From Chitinophagaceae bacterium (GTDB lineage Bacteria; Bacteroidota; Bacteroidia; Chitinophagales; Chitinophagaceae): a stretch of 64,000 nucleotides of DNA. Each line of letters starts with the position of its first letter. Position 1 is the stretch's first letter. Position numbers and translations under genes: made by a program. A model generated the notes under the pieces. It made no database searches, was not told the origin of the DNA, and was given only the letters and a program-made list of their open reading frames with translations. Where the stretch lies: the NCBI GenBank assembly GCA_025449645.1, contig JANWIY010000015.1, forward strand, positions 6,615 through 70,614, written 5' to 3'. Of the stretch, positions 19,610 to 28,218 are shown piece by piece.

Positions 19610-21535
19610 ATGAAGAAGGTTGTCCTCTGTATCGTCCTGCTGGTCTTTTCAAAATCATTTTTCGGTCAAACGCTGGCGCGTTATGGCGATCATGCGATTA
19701 CCCGTGATGAATTTTTGAAGGCATACCGAAAAAACAATACAAAGACAAAAGCGACCGAAAAATCTTATCGTGAATACCTCGGATTATATATCCGGTACAG
19801 GCTTAAGGTTCAGGAAGCATATGACAACAAGATGGATACTTTACCCGGGCAGGTGACCGAGATGCAAAATTTCCGCAGCCAGATTGCCGATCAATACAGC
19901 AACGACGAAACCAGCCTTAACCGAATGGTTGAAGAAGCTTTTCTAAGAAGCCAGAAAGACATACGCATTTCTTACATATTTGTTCTGGCTCCGAAAACGG
20001 CTCCGCCCGCAGATACGCTTAGGGCATGGCGCAAAATAAATGAAGCTTTGTCTGCGCTTAAAAAAAATGAGAATTTTGAAGAAACCGCACTCGCTTATTC
20101 AGAAGACCCTTTTGTTAAGACCAGCCATGGCGATATTGGATTTGTTACTGTTTTTAGCCTGCCTTATTCCATAGAAAACATTGCCTATAGGACGCCTGTT
20201 GGGAAATATTCCCCTATTTTCAGAACGGGAGACGGTTATCTCATCGTAAAGAAAACCGCAGAAAGGCCAGCAGCGGGCCGCATGCGGGTTGCCCAGATCC
20301 TTCTTATTTTTCCATATCAGGCGAATGATGCGGAGAAGGCCGACACCCGACGCAGAGCGGATTCCCTGTTTGATGCAATCCGCTCCGGATCCGATTTCGG
20401 AGAGCTGGCCCGAAGATTCAGTGGCGACAATTTATCTTATCAACTGGGCGGGGTATTACCGGAGTTTGGCATAGGAAAATATGAATCTCCATTTGAGCAA
20501 ACCGCCTTTGGCCTCAAAAAAGACGGAGATATCAGTCCGCCCTTTGCCACCAGTTTCGGCTACCATATTCTGAAACGGATCGCCAGAATTCCTATTTCTA
20601 CCACTAGGGACAAAAAAACAATGGAGGCATTGAAGGAGAAAGTTCAGGCCGACCAAAGGATTGAAGTTTCAAGAAAAGAATTGCTGCAAACTATTTTAAA
20701 AGAAACGGGATTCAGGGAAAATATTCCCGCCGGAGATCGTTTATTCGTACTTACTGACAGCATGCTATTGGGCAAAAAAGAACCTCTGTTTCCAAACCTG
20801 ACCTTGCATAGTATGCTGTTTCGTTTTCCCGATAAAACAATTACCGTCGCGGACTGGGTCAATTATCGTAAAACGATCAGTCGTGTTCCGTCGATCCTGA
20901 ATGGGAAGACCAATCCGGAATTATTAGATCAATACCGCCAAACCGTCGCTTTCGATTATTACAAGGCGCACCTGGAAAAATATAATAAGATCTTTGCTTA
21001 CCAGATAAATGAATTCAAAGACGGGAATTTATTATTTGAGATCATGCAAAAGCAGGTTTGGGAAAAAGCAGGTGCAGATACTGCAGGACTCAGGAATTTT
21101 TATGCATCACACGAACGCAATTACTGGTGGAACTCCAGTGCGGACGCGATTATATTCAATGCCGGCAACTTGTCTGCTGCCGAAAAATTGCAAAAAGATC
21201 TGGGGCCGGGGATTCAAAGCTGGCACGCTATGGTGGATAGCCTCGGAGCCCAGGTCCAGGCAGATTCGGGCCGTTTTGAAATGAAACAACTTCCTGGAAA
21301 CGGAAATACAAACGATCATTATTTTACGAGCATGGTTACGAATAATGATAAGACAGTACAATTTGCTTATGTGATCAGGAAGTTCCCCAACCCGGAACCC
21401 AGAACATTCGCAGATGCGCGCGGAATGGTTATTAATGATTATCAGAATGAACTGGAAAACAAATGGATTACTGAATTAGAAAAGAAGTATCCCGTGAAAG
21501 TGGATGAGGGGGTGTTCAGGACGCTGGTGAGGTAA
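19610..21535 (+). CDS. Periplasmic parvulin-type peptidyl-prolyl isomerase (SurA/PpiC-like)
   Basis: Two rotamase domains (FEETALAYSED..GDIG; FGELARRFS..GG.L; T.FGYHI). Confidence 0.88.
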   Translation: MKKVVLCIVLLVFSKSFFGQTLARYGDHAITRDEFLKAYRKNNTKTKATEKSYREYLGLYIRYRLKVQEAYDNKMDTLPGQVTEMQNFRSQIADQYSNDETSLNRMVEEAFLRSQKDIRISYIFVLAPKTAPPADTLRAWRKINEALSALKKNENFEETALAYSEDPFVKTSHGDIGFVTVFSLPYSIENIAYRTPVGKYSPIFRTGDGYLIVKKTAERPAAGRMRVAQILLIFPYQANDAEKADTRRRADSLFDAIRSGSDFGELARRFSGDNLSYQLGGVLPEFGIGKYESPFEQTAFGLKKDGDISPPFATSFGYHILKRIARIPISTTRDKKTMEALKEKVQADQRIEVSRKELLQTILKETGFRENIPAGDRLFVLTDSMLLGKKEPLFPNLTLHSMLFRFPDKTITVADWVNYRKTISRVPSILNGKTNPELLDQYRQTVAFDYYKAHLEKYNKIFAYQINEFKDGNLLFEIMQKQVWEKAGADTAGLRNFYASHERNYWWNSSADAIIFNAGNLSAAEKLQKDLGPGIQSWHAMVDSLGAQVQADSGRFEMKQLPGNGNTNDHYFTSMVTNNDKTVQFAYVIRKFPNPEPRTFADARGMVINDYQNELENKWITELEKKYPVKVDEGVFRTLVR

Positions 21536-21747
21536 TGGGTTTAATGTGGAAATGTGCTAATGTGGAAATGCGGAAATGTGCTAATGCGGAAATGTCTAAG
21601 TTCAAGTAATAAGTGCAATTTTTTCTGAAAGGACCTGGTTGGGTATTTTGTAATAAATGGAATTTGGTAGTTGTACGCTCTATTAAGGTTAAGTCATTTC
21701 CACATTAGCACATTAGCACATTTCCACATTAACCCCATTTCCACATT
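21534..21747. repeat. Inverted arms of AATG(T/C)G(GA/CT) octamer tandem repeat with ~92-nt spacer between convergent genes
   Basis: 7 units at 21543-21598; about 7 reverse-complement units at 21691-21747. Confidence 0.9.
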
Positions 21748-21754
21748 CCTCTTC

Positions 21755-22609
21755 TCATCCCGCAAATTTTGTACTATCCAACATATCCAGGATTGTCGCG
21801 TCTTCAACAATATCGAACTTGCGCGCGAGCATTTTATCTGAAGAGCGCAGGGTTTCGTAGTCTTCCACCGTTAATGTTTTCGGATTGGGGCCGCCACGTG
21901 ACCAGTCGATATAATAGAAATTATTATTTACAACCGAATTACGAAACCTGGAATTCATGATGAGTGTGGGAATCAGAAATTCATCGGGGCCCCAGGTAAA
22001 CCTTATAAAGCGACGCAATCTCTTGTTTGAATCGACGAAATCCACCACGTATTTCGCGCAATCGGCTCCCAGGGTCATGCACATGGCTCTTGGCCCACCG
22101 TACAATATATAAGGAAGAGGAAATTTTCTTTGCGGAAGAAAGGAATTTAGGAAGAACTGGAGTCTGTATCTCCCCCGGAATCCGAAATTGGTAAAATGAT
22201 ATTTGTTGATGCGGGTGATCGCGTGACTCCACCACTCATCCCTTTCCTCATAACAGATGAAATTCTTTCCGCGGCTTTTTTCAAGTGATGCGTAAATGGC
22301 GCTGACTGGTTTGATGGGATAATCCTGACCGCTCATTACACTTATAAAATCATAATGCCTGTCATTGTCCAAAACCTCTTTGATGGATTCCAGTACGGCG
22401 TGTAAGAAACTATATGAAGCCCATCTCACCTTAATGCGATGATGTACAAATTGCACATGAGGGATTTCTGCCAGGTAAAGAAAAGGTTTGAGATTTGTTT
22501 TTTTATCGATATGGATATGAAAATCGAATGGGAAGTGCTCAAACTTTTTTATCAGGCGCTCAATTTGCTGAGGGTCTTTATGAGCCATTAAAATACACGC
22601 GATCCGCAT
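21755..22609 (-). CDS. GT14 / core-2 I-branching beta-1,6-GlcNAc transferase-like protein
   Basis: ILMAH, HIDKK, V.W, SGQDYPIK, PDE..IPT, YIDW..P, ARKF. Confidence 0.88.
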   Translation of the reverse strand: MRIACILMAHKDPQQIERLIKKFEHFPFDFHIHIDKKTNLKPFLYLAEIPHVQFVHHRIKVRWASYSFLHAVLESIKEVLDNDRHYDFISVMSGQDYPIKPVSAIYASLEKSRGKNFICYEERDEWWSHAITRINKYHFTNFGFRGRYRLQFFLNSFLPQRKFPLPYILYGGPRAMCMTLGADCAKYVVDFVDSNKRLRRFIRFTWGPDEFLIPTLIMNSRFRNSVVNNNFYYIDWSRGGPNPKTLTVEDYETLRSSDKMLARKFDIVEDATILDMLDSTKFAG

Positions 22610-22931
22610 ATTGCTTTCGAATTTCTTAGAATAAAAACAGGAATCAGGTGCGCAGAACGGACTGGGGTACCGATAAGTCTAAATGGGAAACAAAATTAAT
22701 GCCGGTTTTCCAATTGCGCAAGTATTCTTTTGGGCGTTAACATCTAATTAAAAGGCAGTTAGCACGTTTGTTATCAAATTTAAGATTATGTAATAGCCCT
22801 GAGGACCAAACGTTCAATGGAAATGCTAACGCTTGCCTCTTTGCGAAAACCGAAAAAATCCTGCTTAGATTCAGGGAGTGCCCTAACCATCAACCAAGGC
22901 TTCCAACTCCTTCCTTAGGTATTCCGCATTT

Positions 22932-24005
22932 TTATAGTTTCTCATACAATGAACGCAACTTTTCCCTGGTCATGATCTGTTCCCAGTTAGTGCCTAAGGC
23001 GTTCTCCCACAAGGGTTTCATGCCGAGTGCAACCTGGATCATTGTATCGAACTGGGCTTCCGTAAGCCCCTTGGTAATATGCTGAGGAATTTCAATCCTG
23101 TTCTTTTCCACCATCTTCTTAAATTCCCTTACGCCCTCGGGATAATAAGGTTCCAGTTTATCAAAGACAATGCAATTACCTACTCCGTGCCTGGTTCCCA
23201 ACAGGTATCCAAGACCATAGCTGACAGCGTGGGCAATACCGACCTGGGAGTAGGCAATGCTCATTCCTCCCGCATAGGAAGCCATCATGAGCTTGTCATC
23301 GTGTTGGGGTGTCCATTCCCCGGTATCAAGAAATACTTCTTCGCAGAGACTTAGGGCTTTTTCTCCGTACGCCTTGCTGAATTCATTCAGGTAGGTGCCG
23401 GTGAGGCTTTCGATGCAATGGATGTAGCAGTCCATTCCGGTATAAAAACGCTGATTTGCCGGAACATGCGCTATAAGTTCCGGATCAAGAACAATCTGGT
23501 CGAAGGGCGTAAAATCGGAGTTCATTCCCAGTTTCCGGGTTGGACCTGTTAGGACGGTTGTCCTGGAAACCTCGGCTCCCGTTCCACTCAGGGTGGGGAT
23601 GCCAGCCTTGTACACGCCGGGGAACTTCACCAGGTCCCAACCCTGGTAATCGGCCGAAGAGCCCGGATTCGTCATCATCAAAGCGACTGCTTTGGCAAGG
23701 TCCATCGTTGATCCACCGCCAATGCCGATTATGCCGCTTATCGAACCGAATTCCTCTTTAAGCCGGGCGGCAAGTCTATCTACCTGTTTTGTCTTTGGTT
23801 CGTCATTCACGTCAGCAAACAGGATCTTATCATTGCCCTGCAAGTGGATTCGGGCGGCCAACGGTTTTTTCTCAAAAAAATGATCCACCAGGAAGATCAT
23901 GGGCTTTGTTTCTTTCCGGTGAGGCTTTAGAATTTCGTCCAGTTGATTAAAGCTTCCCCTGCCGTATACAACAAAGCCAACCATCTTAAAATTTCTGAAA
24001 TTCAT
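22932..24005 (-). CDS. kdnB: Iron-containing alcohol dehydrogenase family, KdnB-like (Kdo 8-oxidase)
   Basis: GGGSTMD.AK, YQGWDL, PTLSGTGAE, KLGMNSD, GMDCYIHCIESL, GGMSIAYSQVG; closely resembles Shewanella KdnB as I recall it; kdsB two genes away. Confidence 0.75.
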   Translation of the reverse strand: MNFRNFKMVGFVVYGRGSFNQLDEILKPHRKETKPMIFLVDHFFEKKPLAARIHLQGNDKILFADVNDEPKTKQVDRLAARLKEEFGSISGIIGIGGGSTMDLAKAVALMMTNPGSSADYQGWDLVKFPGVYKAGIPTLSGTGAEVSRTTVLTGPTRKLGMNSDFTPFDQIVLDPELIAHVPANQRFYTGMDCYIHCIESLTGTYLNEFSKAYGEKALSLCEEVFLDTGEWTPQHDDKLMMASYAGGMSIAYSQVGIAHAVSYGLGYLLGTRHGVGNCIVFDKLEPYYPEGVREFKKMVEKNRIEIPQHITKGLTEAQFDTMIQVALGMKPLWENALGTNWEQIMTREKLRSLYEKL

Positions 24006-24040
24006 GGATTTTCAATTTTGGATTGCAAAGTTATCCGCTT

Positions 24041-24958
24041 TCAGCGAAGGCTGGAGTTTGTAAGGGCAGCCGCCCCGAAAACGCCAGCGCTGTCTCCGAG
24101 ATCCGGCCTGATTACCGGGACGCTGCAATAATTGTTAAAGATGAAATCATTCAGCGATGAAACGCCGCCGCTGTAGATCTCATCTATATTTCCAACGCCG
24201 CCCCCGACTACAATGATATCCGGATCAAGACAGTTCGTAATTACTGAAACTGCTTTTCCGAAAAAATGGGCAAGGCGGCTAATGGTCTGTTTTGCAGCAG
24301 AATCCTGATTTTGCAGGGAGACAATTTCTTTGAGTGATTTTTTAACGCCCGTAAGATTTTCATAATATTTCTGAAGCGAAGGACCGGAAAGAATTTTCTC
24401 CACGCAGCCGATTTTTCCGCAATAACATGGACCACCCGAATCATCCAGAAAATTATGTCCCCATTCCCCTGCAATGCCATGATGCCCGTTCCATATCTTT
24501 CCATCCATTACAATTCCGCCTCCGACGCCCGTGCCTAGGATAATGCCAAAGACCATGCGTGCACCTGGGGCCTTCTTTTTTACTGCTCCCCATGTGGCTT
24601 CTGCCAGCGCAAAACAATTTGCGTCATTGGCCAGGATTACCTTTAGTTGCAGACGTTCTTCCAGATCCTTCTTCACCGGCATGCCATTCAAAACGGTCGT
24701 GTTGGAATTTTTAAGCGTTTGCGAAATGGGATCCAGGATGCCTGGCGTTCCAAACCCGATACTTACAGGAACCTGTTTTGATTCTGCAATCATTTTTGTT
24801 ATCAGCTTACCGATCTGGCCGAGCACATGATCGTAACCTTGAGCAGCTTCTGTATCCACACGAGTTCTCACCAACGGCACAGGCTCATGTTCACTTTTCA
24901 AAATGACGCCTTCAATTTTAGTTCCGCCGAGGTCAATGCCCCACAAAGATTCATTCAT
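24041..24958 (-). CDS. ROK family sugar kinase (Mak/fructokinase-like)
   Basis: GIDLGGTK, NDANCFALAE, GTGVGGG, GEWGH, C.CG..GC.E; no HTH domain. Confidence 0.9.
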   Translation of the reverse strand: MNESLWGIDLGGTKIEGVILKSEHEPVPLVRTRVDTEAAQGYDHVLGQIGKLITKMIAESKQVPVSIGFGTPGILDPISQTLKNSNTTVLNGMPVKKDLEERLQLKVILANDANCFALAEATWGAVKKKAPGARMVFGIILGTGVGGGIVMDGKIWNGHHGIAGEWGHNFLDDSGGPCYCGKIGCVEKILSGPSLQKYYENLTGVKKSLKEIVSLQNQDSAAKQTISRLAHFFGKAVSVITNCLDPDIIVVGGGVGNIDEIYSGGVSSLNDFIFNNYCSVPVIRPDLGDSAGVFGAAALTNSSLR

Positions 24959-25033
24959 ATTGCTCAGATTAACCGGACCTGATTTGCCAAATGGTTTATT
25001 TTTTGCGGGCTACTCTTATATCAGGATCTGGAA

Positions 25034-25771
25034 TTATTGTTTTATTTCCAATAGTTGTTTGGCTTTCTGCAAATCTTCGGGCGTATCGATTTCAATGCCC
25101 ATATATTCCGTGAGCACCATCCTGATGGGTATGCCATGCTCAAGGTACCGGAGGCATTCAATTTTTTCGGTTGCCTCCAGCGGAGTGACCGGCCATTTGG
25201 TAAAATTCAGCAATACCTGTTTTCTAAATGCGTATACACCGATATGTTCGTAATAAGAAATCCCTGCCGGCTTATTTCGGGGGTAAGGGATTACGCTGCG
25301 ACTGAAAAAAAGAGAGTTCATGTGGATGTCCACAGCCACTTTTACATAATTTGGATCTTCGATATTGTTTTTGTTTTTTATTTCCTGCATTAGGGAAGCC
25401 ACCTGGATAAGCTGTTTCTCATCATCCTTGAAAACCTGCAGCAATTTCTGAAGTGGAGCTCTTTGTACAAAAGGTTCATCTCCCTGAACATTCACAGCTA
25501 TATCCACATCCATGGATTCCACAGCTTCGGCGATGCGATCACTTCCGCTTTCATGGGATTTGCTGCTCATCCTTGCCTTACCGCCATGGCCAGTTATTTC
25601 CTGATAAATGACATCGCTGTCAGTAACCACGAGCACCTGGTCAAAAAGGCCGGTGGCCAGGGTATTGTCATATGTATGTCGAATGATCGTCTTGTTACCG
25701 AGCACCTGCATGAGCTTGCCTGGGAACCTGGTTGAAGCATATCGGGCCGGGATCAGAGCAGCGCAATTCAT
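25034..25771 (-). CDS. kdsB: 3-deoxy-manno-octulosonate cytidylyltransferase
   Basis: IPARYASTRFPGK, HESGSDR, NVQGDEP, FSRS.IP, HIGVY, E.IE.LR. Confidence 0.95.
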   Translation of the reverse strand: MNCAALIPARYASTRFPGKLMQVLGNKTIIRHTYDNTLATGLFDQVLVVTDSDVIYQEITGHGGKARMSSKSHESGSDRIAEAVESMDVDIAVNVQGDEPFVQRAPLQKLLQVFKDDEKQLIQVASLMQEIKNKNNIEDPNYVKVAVDIHMNSLFFSRSVIPYPRNKPAGISYYEHIGVYAFRKQVLLNFTKWPVTPLEATEKIECLRYLEHGIPIRMVLTEYMGIEIDTPEDLQKAKQLLEIKQ

Positions 25772-26033
25772 GGAGACCGTTTCGCAAATGTAAATTTTTA
25801 CAATTATATAAATTGTAATAAGGATTACCTGCCATCATTATCCCAATAGTTAAAGAACGAAGTCATGCATGCCGGCGACTTGCCAAACACTTAAGATGGG
25901 ACCCAAATACACTGGTTTAAAAGTGCAGCGATTCCAGAATAATCACTTGAGTCAGTCGCCCGGTGAGTGTGCCGGTCGGGAAAATTCGTACCGGAAATAT
26001 ATAGAGATGATGGAGCTGCAGCAACAGAAGTAT

Positions 26034-27131
26034 TCAGAAATATTCCTGTTCCAGGAAGCGGGTAAGATCAAGTACGGCTCCCCGTCCTTCCCGGTCGCCG
26101 GAATTGCAAAACACGAGTATACCGCGATGCTTTTCCTTGAGGATTTCTGCCCTGCAGGCGAATAAAAGAGATATTCCTTCGTGAAAGGAAAAGGATTGAT
26201 CATTCATGCTTCCATTATTCCATCCCATAGAGTAATCGATCGTTCCGAAATGTATGAATTGGAGCGTTTCCTGGGAAAGATGCGCTTTTTTGCCAATCAA
26301 TCCGGAAAGATTTTCCTGCATGAATTTTATATAGTCAGGCATGCTGATATTAATCTCCTGGGCCGGATATAGAATGGGATTTATTCTAACCCAGGTATGG
26401 GCATCCTCCGAATGGAAGTAACCACCCTGGGACCAGTGGCCGGCGGGCGAGGCAGTGTCTGAAAGCAGGGGCCAGGAATAATGAATGGTAATTTTTAATG
26501 GTTTTTGAATATACTGGGAAATCAATTCTTCCCAGGCTTTACCAGTCACTTTCTCGAGCATGGAGGCCGCCATTATATATCCCGCAAGCGAAAAAACGAT
26601 CTTCTTCTGAAGAAAGTTTTCCATATCGGGCTTCTGCTGCAACATATAAAATGTGAATGCCTTTCTTCTTGCAATGATATTTCCCCTGAAATCCGGAATG
26701 CGTGACCAATCGGCCATGGTCGTGAAAGGCTGAATGCGGGTCCGGCTTGTGAGCAGATCCGCGAGGGTAATGTTTTGGTAAACAGGAAAAGCTTTCTTTT
26801 TGAATTCAGGAAACAATTTCAGTAATGGGGTTGTCCATTCTATTTTTCCCGCCTCAACCAATCTGGCGGCAATATATGCTGTAAAAGCTATTGTGTTTGT
26901 ACCGATATGAAAACGATCTTTCAGGCTGATTTTGTCTTTCGATTTAAATGCCCGGTAACCAACAACCTGTTCTTCCAGGATGCTGTCTTCTGAAAATACA
27001 GCGTAGGCCAGGCCAGGTACTCCGCGAATGATGCGAATGGAATCTGCTGCATCCTGGTCGGTTTGCGTGCTTCCCTGAAACGGGAGGAGGAGCAGAGCAA
27101 TAAGAGCGAGAAGACTGCAGCGCTTGTTCAT
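26034..27131 (-). CDS. Exported beta-lactamase/serine hydrolase-fold protein with degenerate active site
   Basis: VPGLA, RFHIG, ITLADLLT, LEKVTGK.WEE, MGW; start MNKR at 27131 gives a signal peptide and removes the obgE overlap. Confidence 0.8.
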   Translation of the reverse strand: MNKRCSLLALIALLLLPFQGSTQTDQDAADSIRIIRGVPGLAYAVFSEDSILEEQVVGYRAFKSKDKISLKDRFHIGTNTIAFTAYIAARLVEAGKIEWTTPLLKLFPEFKKKAFPVYQNITLADLLTSRTRIQPFTTMADWSRIPDFRGNIIARRKAFTFYMLQQKPDMENFLQKKIVFSLAGYIMAASMLEKVTGKAWEELISQYIQKPLKITIHYSWPLLSDTASPAGHWSQGGYFHSEDAHTWVRINPILYPAQEINISMPDYIKFMQENLSGLIGKKAHLSQETLQFIHFGTIDYSMGWNNGSMNDQSFSFHEGISLLFACRAEILKEKHRGILVFCNSGDREGRGAVLDLTRFLEQEYF

Positions 27132-27180
27132 TGTCTTTGAAGTAAGTGAAGATAAGAAAATTCGAAAATGGCCCTGTGAG

Positions 27181-28179
27181 CTATTTATCTTCATTCATTA
27201 TGTTCCAGAGCAGGTCTTTCAATTTCTGAATTCCCCTATGAGTAACCGAGGAAATGAAGATGTGAGGAATTCCGGCTGGCAATTCCTTTGCAATATCTGT
27301 AATCAACTCCTCATCGAGCAAGTCGCTTTTACTAATGCCAATCACAAAACGTTTGTGGAGCAGTTCAGGATTGAATTGTTCGAGTTCACTTAGAAGAACT
27401 TCAAATTCCTTTCGATGATCCGGACTGTCAGCCGGAATCAGGAATAACAATGCCACATTTCTTTCAATATGTCTTAAGAATCGATGTCCCAAACCTTTGC
27501 CAGATGCAGCACCTTCAATGATACCGGGGAGATCCGCAATACAAAAACTCTTTCCATCACGGTATTCCACCATGCCTAGCTGCGGCACAAGCGTCGTAAA
27601 TGCATAATCCGCAATTTTGGGTTTGGCGGCTGTGATTACAGATAGCAAGGTCGACTTTCCGGCGTTTGGAAATCCTACAAGCCCTACGTCAGCGAGCACT
27701 TTCAATTCAAGAACTTTCCAACCCTCGGTTCCAGGTTCACCTGGCTGTGCATGCTCGGGTGCCTGGTTTGTCGGGGTCGCGAACTGCGCATTGCCCAATC
27801 CGCCCCGGCCTCCTTTCACCCAAATAATTTCTTGTCCTTCTTCCAGGATCTCCGCCTCTTTTCGCCCTGTGGTTTCGTCGCGGGCGATGGTACCCAGGGG
27901 TACATCAATGAAGATATCTTTTCCAAAGCGTCCGGTGCATTTATTTCCACTTCCAGCCTCTCCGTCTTCGGCCAGGACATTTTTGTAATAGCGCAGATGC
28001 AGCAGGGTCCAGAGGTTCTTATTTCCCCTCAAAATAATATGACCACCGCGCCCGCCATCTCCGCCATCAGGCCCCGCCAGCGCATTGTATTTGGTTCGTA
28101 AAAAATGCTTTATACCCGGACCTCCATGTCCGCTCCGGCAGAAAACCCTGATCTGATCTACAAAATTGCTTTTTTCCAC
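27181..28179 (-). CDS. obgE: GTPase ObgE/CgtA
   Basis: [42 protein letters not shown]. Confidence 0.97.
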   Translation of the reverse strand: MEKSNFVDQIRVFCRSGHGGPGIKHFLRTKYNALAGPDGGDGGRGGHIILRGNKNLWTLLHLRYYKNVLAEDGEAGSGNKCTGRFGKDIFIDVPLGTIARDETTGRKEAEILEEGQEIIWVKGGRGGLGNAQFATPTNQAPEHAQPGEPGTEGWKVLELKVLADVGLVGFPNAGKSTLLSVITAAKPKIADYAFTTLVPQLGMVEYRDGKSFCIADLPGIIEGAASGKGLGHRFLRHIERNVALLFLIPADSPDHRKEFEVLLSELEQFNPELLHKRFVIGISKSDLLDEELITDIAKELPAGIPHIFISSVTHRGIQKLKDLLWNIMNEDK

Positions 28180-28218
28180 TGGATAATTTCGGGCAGCAAA
28201 GATAACTGATTCAGCGGG

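Noticed and set aside
21534-21747. Possible CRISPR array
   Set aside because: Units are 8 bp, contiguous and without spacers, and there are no cas genes in the window.
22610-22931. 320-bp intergenic region and ORF 22768..23085
   Set aside because: The ORF overlaps kdnB antisense. Apart from a TAATTTTG element (22691-22698, minus strand) I see no convincing RNA structure.
25869-26203. Small ORFs between kdsB and the serine hydrolase-like gene
   Set aside because: They overlap the hydrolase 3' end and lack protein-like features or promoter support.
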